NCBI GenBank assembly: GCA_964016885.1
Contig: OZ024741.1
Coordinates: forward strand, 257,548,001-257,612,000
DNA: 64,000 bases
Reading direction: 5' to 3'
From: Eledone cirrhosa
Taxonomy: Eukaryota
The stretch's first letter is position 1. Every line of letters starts with the position of its first letter. This document shows positions 25,791-38,100 of the stretch, piece after piece. The position numbers were made by a program, and so were the translations under genes. The notes under the pieces were generated by a model. It was given only the letters and a program-made list of their open reading frames with translations. It ran no database searches and was not told the origin of the DNA.

Positions 25791-26167
25791 TCCGGCTCTT
25801 CCTCTTCCCACCGAACGCTGTCAAGATCTCAGGCGAACGTGGATCCCGCACTGCCGAGCTCCTCCGCATGATCGGAACGTTGGTGGCCCGTCTGAGGCTG
25901 GCTACCCCGTGAGGTTGGTTGGCTGTTGCAGCGAGTGTCACTCGCCATGCTTTTGCTGTATTATCCATTGGGCACAACATTTCTATCCCCTTGACCTAGG
26001 CCCAAAGACCATTCGCCCAACCCCTTCACCCCTCTCCTCTCTTCTGCAACAGCAGAACTCTTTCCCTCCCCTTCTGTCCTTTTTCTTATTTCTATTTTTC
26101 TTTTTTCTCTATATTTCCCTATTCTTACTTTCCCTTTATTTCTTTCTTTTATTATTTTATTAGGTTT

Positions 26168-26352
26168 GTGGTTTGGCAGTATCGGTAGAGGGTCGGACGC
26201 CATGCTTTCCAGCATAGTTACGTCCCTTTACGATCTGAGTTCAAATCCTGCCGAGGTTGAATTTGCATTTCATCCTTAAGGGGTCGATAAAATAAAGTAC
26301 CAGTAATGCACTGGTAATTGCTGGCCTTGTGCCTAAAGTAGAAACAATTATT
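26168..26352 (+). mobile_element. SINE family 1, full length
   Basis: A box tggcagtatcgg, B box gagttcaaatcc and tail ...gtagaaacaattatt. Confidence 0.85.
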
Positions 26353-26369
26353 TTATTATGTTTGTCACT

Positions 26370-27586
26370 ATTATTATTGTTATTGTTCTTTGAGTCTCAG
26401 TCATTGATATTAGTTAACTGGAAAGTTTGTTGAAATGAATATCAAGCCACTACCTGCAGCCTCAGATATTCAGGACGTATCGGAGGGTTCTTGCTGTTCC
26501 CAGCAAGCATGCCTTTTGAAGCGTTCCAAAAAGCGTGAAGGGGCCAATTTTCTTTAACCTCCCTGGAAACTCTTTGAGATAGTACCTAGTGCGCCTATGA
26601 CAATCGGGACCACTTTAAGTCCTGGTATCGGTTAATTTTCTCCCTCTCCTTCTCTTGCACTCTCGTGTCGAATGGGCAGGCCACATCCACAATCAGGCAC
26701 GATCGTTTTTCTTTGTCCAAAACCACCAGGTCAGGTCTATTGTGTTCCAGTTTCTTGACCGTCTGTATCCTAAAATCCCACAGCAACTTCACCTGATCGT
26801 TTTCTATCACCGACTCTGGCTTATGCTCATACCACTTCTCAGAATGTGGTAAATTGTTTACTTTGCATAGGTGCCAGTGGACCACCCTTCCCATCACATC
26901 ATGTCTCCAGCCCTTATAGTGAGTCTGGGCTAGGTGTTTACACTCGGATACAATGTGAGCCACAGTCTCCTCTCTCTCTCTACAGATCCTGCACAGTGAG
27001 CTAGCCACCTCCTTGTAAATATGGTGTTTCAACCACTTCGTTTTGAGGGCCTGCTCTTGCGCAGCCATTAACATTCCTTCTGTAGGCTTTTTAAGGTCTT
27101 CTCTTTTCAACCAGTTTTCATGTCTGTGAATCTCTGAATTCAGTTTTCTCAAAGAAGGTACTATGAAGGGATTTTTCATGAAGGCCGCTCTTTCTCCTTG
27201 TTGTTATTTTCTTCTTGGACATCCCTTGGTCTATTGCCCTCTCCTTCAGTACAGTTCTGAGCATTGGCTCCTTACTATCAGTCACGTATTTGTGTAGGTT
27301 GCTTTTCTCCATCTGAACACAGTCCTCTATGCTGATAAGACCTCTTCCACCCTCAGATCTCCTTAAGTAGAGTCTATCGACATCACTCCTCTTGTGGAAC
27401 ATGTTGTAGATAGTCAATAGCTTCCTAGTCTTCCTATCCATTTCTTTTTGTTCAGCAACATTCCATCTCAGAATTCCCGCACTGTACCTAATAATAGACA
27501 CAGCTCGAGAATTTACTGCACTTATGGCATTCCTACTGTTCAGATGTGACTTTAATACGCTCCTTACTCTCCGAATGTATTCAGAT
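26370..27586 (-). mobile_element. R4/Dong-like family A, diverged subfamily, truncated pseudo-copy
   Basis: C-terminal thumb, CCHC and RLE, with a frameshift near 27118 and a deletion near 26612. Same 3' UTR type; (TAT)n on both sides. Confidence 0.9.
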
Positions 27587-27593
27587 CTTATCA

Positions 27594-27625
<32 letters not shown>

Positions 27626-27627
27626 AG

Positions 27628-30600
27628 TTGCATTTATCTTGCTTTATGTTCATACGAGTTATCACCAAGTCACAACCAGTGACCTCAAGAGACAACAAGG
27701 TCCGCCATGTTCAAGAAAGAACATACATACTCACACATGCATCTTTAGTGTTTAGACTTGTGATGTACTTATATTGACAGAATCTTCCTTAGTATATGAG
27801 CAGTTCCCATTAGTACTATCTTTTGTATTTCTCCTATACGCGGGTTTCCTGGGATTTGCGATAAGTTATCATTAGACCCCTTAGGTATCATTCCCAGAGC
27901 GCCTACAACCACTGGTATTGTTTTAGTTCTCAATTTCCACATTTTTCCAATTTCTATCTCCAGGTCCTTATACTTGCTCAATTTTTTAAATGTTTTTATA
28001 GATACATTCTTGTCTATTGGAACAGACATATCAATTAGCAGGCATACCCTCTTTTTAAAGTCCTTCAATATTATATCAGGTCTATTTGCATCTATTTTTC
28101 GGTCTGTTTGGATGCTAAAGTTCCACAAGATTGAGATGGGAGGTGGTTGATGCTCTCACCAATTCTTTTGATGGGGCAGGTCAAAATGCTTACACATTAT
28201 CCAATGTATGTATTGTGCAGCTCTGTCATGCCTGTTTAGGTATTCGGTTGGAGCTATAGGACTGCACATTGAAATTATATGGTCAATGGTCTCTGGTTGT
28301 TTTTTGCATACACGGCATAATGGGCTGCATCCATTTTTTATTATGTTGGCTTGGTAATTTTTTGTTGGCAGACACTGATCTTGTGCTGATATAATCAGTC
28401 CTTCAGTCTCCGATTTCAGTCCAGAGAATGCCAACCACTGATGGGTTAAAGTTTTGTCAACATCAGGATTGTTAGCTCGCTCTGGGTATTTTCCATACAG
28501 AGGCTTTTCTTGCCATTTCTTAGCCAGTTTCTGTAGCAGTTCTTTCTTTGCAGTTACTTTTACCTGCTTTGCTTTTTCTGTGTTTTCCATTTCAGCAGTA
28601 AATGGGACTTCTGAAATTTGTAGTCCATTACTGTATCTTTGTGCATCTTTTGTAATGGAATATGATCTTTTGATGCTTTCGTGTTTCAAAACGAGTTTGA
28701 TCATGCAATCATGTGATTCCCTTAGATATGTAGATAATCCAATTGTTGCAGTTTTCAACGCAATGTCTAACTGGATTAACCCACGTCCTCCTTCTTTCCT
28801 AGGGAGATATATTCTATCTATATCTGCATGGTTAAGAATTTTCGAATTTTTGTATCGAGCCTACGGATCTCTGTGCTTGACCAGTTGATGACATTGTAAC
28901 TGTAGGTTACTACTGGTATGGCAAGCGTGTTTATGGCATCGATCCTATTCCTTGCATTCAATTCCGTTCTTTAGATTGCCCTTACTCTGCGGTAACATTC
29001 CTTCCTTATCCTTTCCCTCATTGTCGAGTGCTTGATTCCGTCTCCTTCACAAACACCTAGATATTTGTAAGTTTTTTCTTGATTAAGTTCTCTTATCACG
29101 TTCCCCCGGTCAAGATTAATGTCTGAACTCTTCAGCAGCCTGCCTCTGGTGAACGTTGCTTTGGCGAATTTATCTAGTCCAAACTCCATTTTAATGTCAT
29201 CACTGAACTGCTCCACAGTGGATAATAGCCCTTGCAATTGTTCATCATTTTTTGCAAATAGTTTCAGGTCATCCATGTAGAACAAGTGATTAATGGTTTT
29301 GTCATAGACTTTATATCCATGTTTTGTTTCATTGAGCATTTTACTTAATGGTATAAGTGCGATGCAGAATAAAAGCGGTGATAAAGAGTCACCCTGAAAA
29401 ATTCCACAATTAATATTAACTTCTCCAGCTTCCAGTGATTTTGTTTCACTATTCAAAAGGGGTGTCATTTTCCATGTCTTCATACTGAATGACAAAAACC
29501 TCCTGACAACGGGGGATATTTTGAAAATCTCTAAACATTTTTCAATCCAACTGTGTGGCAAACTATCGAATACTTTTTTATAATCTATCCAAGCAATCGA
29601 TAGATTTTTGTGTCTATTATGACAATCTTCCAGTATCATTTTGTTAACCTGAAGCTGATCCTTACAGCCATATGAGCCTCGTTTACACCCTTTCTGCTCA
29701 ATGGGAAATAGGTCATTTGTTATCAGGTGGTCATATGTGTATTCAGTTAGGACTGATGTTAAAATTTTATACATTGAGGTCAAGCAAGTTATCGGTCTGT
29801 AACTTTTGGGATTGTTTGTCTCATCATTCTTCGGAAGCAGGAATGTAATACCGTTAACTAGCCATGATGGTATCTTTTCTGGCTCCTTAACTATTTCATT
29901 GTAAAGTTGGGCTAACAGCTCATGAGACTCTGTGAAGGCATTTATCCAAAAGTTTTGTATTTTGTCTTTTCCTGGGGATTTCCATTTGCTGGTTTTTCTT
30001 AGAGCCAAGCGCAACTGTTCAACTGTTATATTTTCCCATATTTGTTCCTCAAGGTGAGCTGTATCTTTCATTTGTCTGTCTATCCATGGGGCATGTATGT
30101 TATGAACTTTTTCTTCGGCCCAGATCTTTTACCAGAATTCTTGCACTTCCTCCTTCGGTGGTATTGATTTAGCAGTTATTGTTGACTTACTAATTTTTCT
30201 GTAGAAGTTTCTTTGGTTGTTTTTGAACATATTATTGTCCTTATAGAATCTAGATCGTTTTTCAAAGCGCCTTATACGAGCAGCTTTGGCCGACACTTTT
30301 TGCTTGATTATTTCTATCAGCATGTCTATGTCACTTGTTGATTTTATACTGTACTTTTTTTTCAATTTTCTAAGTTTAGTTTGTTTAACATGTTCACCTA
30401 CTTTATAGTTTGTTAAAATTTCTATGTCAGATCGGAGAAGGTTTATTTGGCGATTGATGTTCTCTTGCCAAGTAGATTTCTTGTGGAAATTCCTTTGTTT
30501 TTTCATCTTCACTCCACATAAGTGAGTGGTGACTTTAGCCGATGCATAATAGAGATGATTTAAATCAGTAATGTTTAGTTTGTTTGTGATGATAATGTTT

Positions 30601-32523
30601 TTGAGAATTATGTTAGTCTTGTGTATTATCTTCTGGTTCTGTTTGGAGTTCTGGATCTTAGGGAGGGTGTCTCGTTGCCCATGTCAGATTCTTTCATTTT
30701 CATCCATTCGATCATAATTTCATCCTTCAAGTTGGCAAGTTCATTCTCATTCATTTCTTTATCATTTACGATCGCATTATTTTCATTTGGAGTTTCATCT
30801 TGAGCATGCACTCCCTCCACTTTTTCGATCCTTTCTTTTATTTGTTCTGTTGCCAGTGATTCCGCCCCAACCCTGGGATTCGAAGTGTTACAATTTACCT
30901 CGTTTTCGCTGACACTTGTTTCATTTTCCCTTCGCTGACTTTGTGCTAATAGCGTGATCTGATCAATTTCTATATCAGTTAGTAACTTTTTTCTTACAAT
31001 ATTTCTTCGTATATTGGCTAGTTTGTTACTGTCAATATAGCCTCTGTTTTCGGGATGTTTCTTTTTCCAGTTGATATATGTCTGTTCTGTATTCGATGTA
31101 TTTGATGGGTAGTACATGGCAGTGTAGAAAGCCTCAAGGACTTCTTTATTATCTTCCCTTGACCATTTTTCTCTCTTTTTCTTTGAATTTCTTGGTGGTG
31201 AGCATGGAGGGCCAACAGTAGGAGTATTCCGGTTATGGGAGGTCTCCAGCTCCGAAGTGATGGGAAGGTTTGAACCATTAGCGGATTTTTCGACCCCAGT
31301 CTGGTTTCTCTCTGAGGGACGCGGCCCTTTTTTACCCGGATGACGGCCGATCCGGTATGAGATTTTATCATTAGACATTTACTTTATTTTGACGCGTTTT
31401 ATCCTTATCCGCCAAGGGGTAATCATTTCGTGTTACCACTTCTAGAACGAGTGTCAACCAAGACTAGAGGGGTCGTTCTCCCCTAGAGACACGGCTATTC
31501 CCCGCCGGCCGCCATCCCGGTATTTCTTGGTCACGGGGTTTTCTTTTTGTTGTTTTTTTTAAATTGTTATTATCATGAGTGGTTCCTTAATGTGAGCATT
31601 GCGTGGCTTAAGAATGAAATTATTAATAATTGTCTCCACTCCAGGCACAAAGCCAGCAATCACCCAGTGCATTACAATAATATAATATACTTTTTGCTGA
31701 AGTTGCCTGTTATTGTTGTTGGCTATGTCGGTGGTGGTGATGGGGCTTTTTATATTGTTGGTGAGGAAGGGGTGAGCCAGCAGTGCCATAGTTGTTGATG
31801 TTGACGTTTGGCCGGTGGCCAGGTCACTAAGTCAATCTATTTATATCTTTTGCGAGCCTCTCCCTTGTCTAGTGATACCGCCACCTTCCCCTTTCTCTCT
31901 CAAGTTAACAGGGGAATAGTGGTGGTAGCAATGAAGGAGTGGTGGCGGCGGTGATGGGATAGTGGTAGCAATGATGGATGGAATGGTGGCGGCGGTGGCG
32001 TTGTCGTTACTGAGTTTTGTGATATGTAGTATCTATGAGTTTGTCGCGTATGTTTAATATATATTGTGTTGACATATTCCCGTAAAATTGGAATTAAACA
32101 TTTTGTTAAAACTTGAGACAATAATAATAGTAATTATTATTATGATGCTGGGATTGGTGGTGGTGGTGGTGAAATTGCCGTTATCTGGCTGTTATATTTA
32201 GTGTGATGGGGTAGGTGGTGTATCAAGTTTCTGGTGTTGGTGAAATTGCTGTTATTTGGCTGTTCTATATAGTGTAGACAGAGGGTGTTTTCTTCCATTT
32301 ATAAACATTTTCTTTTTTGAATACAAAATATATAATACAAAATTGAATATTTGAGCGATATAACAATATAATATGGATCCGAAATTTTATGGGACTTGAT
32401 TCGGTGGTTTATGCAACATTTGTACTAAGAATTGTTATTTCACAATTGATTTAAATATGTTAAAAATCAAAAACTTACGGGAGCGATTTCATGACATTCT
32501 ACCACCTCGTGCGTCTTCTTCCC
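27628..32523 (-). mobile_element. R4/Dong-like family B, full-length but inactivated copy
   Basis: Colinear with 35166-40051. The ORF is broken into pieces (30626-31378, 30129-30512, 28971-30071, 28156-28758, 27769-28128) by stops and small deletions. Confidence 0.92.
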
Positions 32524-32576
<53 letters not shown>

Positions 32577-35145
32577 TCGGACGCACATATGTGAAGACGT
32601 ACAAGTCTGCGGGGGAAAAGGTTCGTAACTTTAAGCTGTTTTAAAGTATCATTTTTTGTATTTTCTTGTCGTTAACGAAACATAAGGTACCCACCTTGGT
32701 TTCAAGGAAGGGAGACCTCTTAATATTTGAGCTTTAAGCCCGAATATTCAGATTTATTTTTAAAAACTTCGAAAAAAAATCGCTTCCCCACCAAAACAAA
32801 ATATGGAAATTTTCGACCTTGAAACGGTAAACAACGTTCAGGTCAAAAGTTCAAAAGTAGCCACTGTAGATCTCACCACAACTACAACTACTACAGACAT
32901 ATCTGTCGACCATTCAACTGAATGTGTAGGCAAAACACAAAAGCTACCTTCTGTGTTACGACCAGTATCATCTCAAAACGACACGACCACCACCACCACC
33001 ACAACAACAACAACAACAACAACTCAGAACAGCAACGACAATAGCCCCGACAGCTTCAATGTAAGCACGGATGGCGGTGGCAACAGCCACAACAAACAAA
33101 ACAACAACAACAACAACAGCAAGAACGACAACACCAACAACAAGAGCAACAGATGCACCACCTTTGCTGCAGCAGCAGCAAAAATAAAGCGCTTATTGAA
33201 TATTGATATTAGCGATAAAGACGAACAGTTGGCCCAGGCGTGGAGGTTAATTAAACGGGAGAAGTCCTGGGCAAACCTGACCATCCCGGACGGGGTAATA
33301 GAGGCCATGCAAACGGTGTACTTTCGATGAATTTCAGTGAGACACGCAAAGTGGAACTCTCCAGCCAAGCAGAGGTCGAGGCTGCTTTGGAGTGCATCGG
33401 AAGTGACATAAAGCAAAAGTATAAAGCAAGGGCCAAACAGTTCGGTACCATCTCGGTACTGTTCAAAACCGAGGCCCTTGCTATCAAACACTCGGTGACC
33501 CCCTGCAGAACGGAACGTATTATCATGCACCCGTCCTACATGGGAAAAAGGACAGTAAAAGTGCGCATTCCCAGGAATGAACATATGGTGGCTCCTGGGA
33601 TACGTAATCGAGGAGGGGACAGACACTACCCTCCTGGATATCAAAAGGACAGAGAGAGAAGACTGGTCCGGAATGGATTTGGAGATTCTTCTCCAAATGA
33701 AACCAGAGGACATGAACAACATCCCGGATTTTGCCCGCCTGCAGGACGGGACAACAATCCAACTAATCACTGACGTAAGAAGGCCGCACTGCTTCGTCTG
33801 CGGGGAAACAACGCATCTGCAAGCCTTCGGCCCTCAGCGCACCTATTCAGATCACAAATTTGTGATCTATATGGTCGAACTAGATAAAACTCGTAGGTTG
33901 GGAGCGGGTTACTGGAAGCTGAACATGTCATTTTCGGCACGTAAGGCTTACAAGGACCGAGTCAACAATTTAGTTAAGCAAAGGTTGACAGGGGGGATCA
34001 TCAACAACAGATGGTGGGAGGCTCTCAAAAGAGAGATTAGAGTAACTTCGATAGAGTTCAGCATAGAACTAGCGTTAGAGAAAAATAGAAAGGAGGGGGA
34101 GCTGGTAGATAGGTTAGACGAGGCTATTTGTAGTGGCATTGCAACTGACGTGCTAGCGGCGAGAATAGCATTAGACCATTTCTTCAATGCGAAACACGAA
34201 GGTTGCATTGTCTGAGCTAAGGCGCATGCGCTGAGAAACGAGGGAACCAAAGCTGTTCGATGGGCCCGCGTGACGGAGGCGCAGCGTGGTAATAAAACAA
34301 CAATTCGGTCTTTGGCGGACTGAGACGGACACGAGATAAACGATTCCATGCGGATGTGTGAGGCCTTTCGCCAGCACTTTGCTCGGTTGTTCGGGGAGAG
34401 TCGCGAGTTAGAGAGACTAGCGGACTTCAGTCCCTATATTGACGGCTTGCCGCGCATCTCGACGGTCGACGCTGAGCGCTGCGAAGGCGTTGAGCGCTGC
34501 GAAAGGCCGATTACTTCAGCCGAAATTCAGGACGTCCTTGTCGGCTGCATGAGGCGCAAGTGACACGGTTTGGATGGCCTTCCCTACGAGCTTTACGTAA
34601 ATATGCTAGACTTGTTCTCCGATCTCCTCGAAGCACTCTACTGCAACTGGCAGCAGAATGGGAGTATTCCCAGTTCTGTGAGCAGAGGAGTGGTGACACT
34701 GATAAGGAAAGACGAGAACAAGAAGGATACACTAGACAACTTCAGGCCCATAACTCTGCTCAACACAGAGTTTAAGATTTTGGCCCAGGTGTTAGATTTT
34801 CTAAAAGGTGGATGAATGTGGCGAGAATGGCTCGTGTGACTGGGCCTACTCTGACCATGCGCCTATAGGCTAGCTAACTTGAGGAGAGGGTTGCTGTCCC
34901 TGGGTGCCCTAGAAGCGCAGGGTGGTTCAGGATTGGTGGGGTACCCGAGTCACCACAGGGTCGTCCACCCCCTATCGGGGAATTTATTTTGTTATATTTA
35001 TGCATAGTTTATTTTATATTTTTATATCTTCATTGTTAAATTAATCTTGCCATTGTGCACTTTTACTCGACCTATTGTAAACCCCCACTGACCCTGTTTT
35101 GTATTGTCCCCTACATGTCGGCCCTTGTGGCTAATAAATGAAATC
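32577..35145 (+). mobile_element. L1/Tx1-clade LINE, internally deleted, with both ends present
   Basis: ORF1 from 32803 with zinc knuckle CFVCGETTHLQAF, then a jump to the APE end (YSDHK...GYWKLN), RT start (GLDGLPYELY, NFRPITLLNTEFKILA) and a 3' UTR with AATAAA followed by (ATT)n. Confidence 0.85.
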
Positions 35146-35165
35146 ATTATTATTATTATTATTAT

Positions 35166-38100
35166 TTGCATTTATCTTGCTTTATGTTTATACGAGTTAT
35201 CACCAAGTCACAACCAGTGACCTCAAGAGACAACAAGGTCCGCCATGTTCAAGAAAGAACACACATATTCACACATGCATCCTTAGTGTTTAGACTTGTG
35301 ATGTATTTATATTGACAGGATCTTCCTTAGTATATGGGCAGTTCCCATTAGTACTATCTTTTGTATTTCTCCTATACGCGGGTTTCCTGGGATTTGCGAT
35401 AAGTAGTCGTTAGACCCCTTAGGTATCATTCCCAGAGCGCCTACAACCACTGGTATTGTTTTAGTTCTCAATTTCCACATTTTTCCAATTTCTATCTCCA
35501 GGTCCTTATACTTGCTCAATTTTTCAAATGTTTTTATAGATACATTCTTGTCTATTGGAACAGACATATCAATTAGCAGGCATACCCTCCTTTGAAAGTC
35601 CTTCAATATTATATCAGGTCTATTTGCATCTATTTTTCGGTCTGTTTGGATGCTAAAGTTCCACAAGATTGAGATGTGATCTTTTTCAATTATGGGAGGT
35701 GGTTGATGCTCCCACCAATTCTTTTGATGGGGCAGGTCAAAATGCTTACACATTATCCAATGTATGTATTGTGCAGCTCTGTCATGCCTGTTTAGGTATT
35801 CGGTTGGAGCTATAGGACTGCACATTGAAATTATATGGTCAATGGTCTCTGGTTGTTTTTTGCATACACGGCATAATGGGCTGCACCCATTTTTTATTAT
35901 GTTGGCTTGGTAATTTTTTGTTGGCAGACACTGATCTTGTGCGGATATAATCAGTCCTTCAGTCTCCGATTTCAGTCCAGAGGATGCCAACCACTGATGG
36001 GTTAAAGTTTTGTCAACATCAGGATTGTTAGCTCGCTCTGGGTATTTTCCATACAGAGGCTTTTCTTGCCAATTCTTAGCCAGTTTCTGTAGCAGTTCTT
36101 TCTTTGCAGTTACTTTTACCTGCTTTGCTTTTTCTGTGTTTTCCATTTCAGCAGTAAATGGGACTTCTGAAATTTGTAGTCCATTACTGTATCTTTGTGC
36201 ATCTTTTGTAATGGAATATGATCTTTTGGTGCTTTCGTGTTTCAAAACGAGTTTGATCATCCAATCATGTGATTCCCTTAGATATGTGGATAATCCAATT
36301 GTTGCAGTTTTCAACGCAATGTCTAACTGGATTAACCCACGTCCTCCTTCTTTCCTAGGGAGATATATTCTATCTATGTCTGCCTTAGGGTGATGCATTC
36401 TGTGCATGGTTAAGAATTTTCGGATTTTTGTATCGAGCCTACGGATCTCTGTGCTTGACCAGTTGATGACATTGTAACTGTAGGTTACTACTGGTATGGC
36501 AAGCGTGTTTATGGCATCGATCCTATTCCTTGCATTCAATTCCGTTCTTAAGATTGCTCTGACTCTGCGGTAACATTCCTTCCTTATCCTTTCCCTCATT
36601 GTCGAGTGCTTGATTCCGTCTCCTTCACAAACACCTAGATATTTGTAAGTTTGTTCTTGATCAAGCTCTCTTATCACGTTCCCCCGATCAAGATTAATGT
36701 CTGAACTCTTCAGCAGCTTTCCTCTGGTGAACGTTGCTTTGGCGCATTTATCCAGTCCAAACTCCATTTTAATGTCATCACTGAACTGCTTCACAGTGGA
36801 TAATAGCCCTTGCAATTGTTCATCATTTTTTGCAAATAGTTTCAGGTCATCCATGTAGAACAGGTGATTAATGGTTTTGTCATAGACTCTATATCCATGT
36901 TTTGTTTCATTGAGCATTTTACTTAATGGTATAAGTGCGATGCAGAATAAAAGCGGTGATAAAGAGTCACCCTGAAAAATTCCACAATTAATGTTAACTT
37001 CTCCAGCTTCCAGTGATTTTGTTTCACTATTCAAAAGGAGTGTCGTTCTCCATGTCCTCATACTGAATGACAAAAACCTCCTGACAACGGGGGATATTTT
37101 GAAAATCTCTAAACATTTTTCAATCCAACTGTGTGGCAAACTATCAAATGCTTTTTTATAATCTATCCAAGCAATCGATAGATTTTTGTGTCTATTATGA
37201 CAATCTTCCAGTATCATTTTGTTAACCAGAAGCTGATCCTTACAGCCATATGAGCCTCGTTTACACCCTTTCTGCTCAATGGGAAATAGGTCATTTGTTA
37301 TCAGGTGGTCATATGTGTATTCAGTTAGGACTGATGTTAAAATGTTATACATTGTGGTCAAGCAGGTTATCGGTCTGTAATTTTTGGGATTGTTTGTCTC
37401 ATCATTCTTCGGTAGCAGGAATGTAATGCCGTTAACTAGCCATGATGGTATCTTTTCTGGCTCCTTAACTATTTCATTGTAAAGTTGGGCTAACAGCTCA
37501 TGAGACTCTGTGAAGGCATTTATCCAAAAGTTTTGTATTTTGTCTTTTCCTGGGGATTTCCATTTGCTGGTTTTTCTTAGAGCCAAGCGCAGCTGTTCAA
37601 CTGTTATATTTTCCCATGTTTGTTCTTCAAGGTGAGCTGTTTCTTTCATTTGTCTGTCTATCCATGGGGCATGTATGTTATGAACTTTTTCTTCGGCCCA
37701 GATCTTTTCCCAGAATTCTTGCACTTCCTCCTTGGGTGGTATTGATTTAGCAGTTATTGTTGACTTACCAATTTTTCTGTAGAAGTTTCTTTGGTTGTTT
37801 TTGAACATATTATTGTCCTTATAGAATCTAGATCGTTTTTCAAAGCGCCTTATACGAGCAGCTTTGGCCGACACTTTTTGCTTGATTGTTTCTATCAGCA
37901 TGTCTATGTCACATGTTGATCTTATACTGTACTTTTTTTTCAATTTTCTAAGTTTAGTTTGTTTAACATGTTCACCTACTTTATAGTTTGTTAAAATTTC
38001 TATGTCAGATCGGAGAAGGTTTATTTGGCGATTGATGTTATCTTGCCAAGTAGATTTCTTGTGGGAATTCCTTTGTTTTTTCATCTTCACTCCACATAAG

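Noticed and set aside
26168-26260. tRNA gene suggested by A and B boxes (also 5620-5692)
   Set aside because: No complete cloverleaf; it continues into a SINE body and has many dispersed copies.
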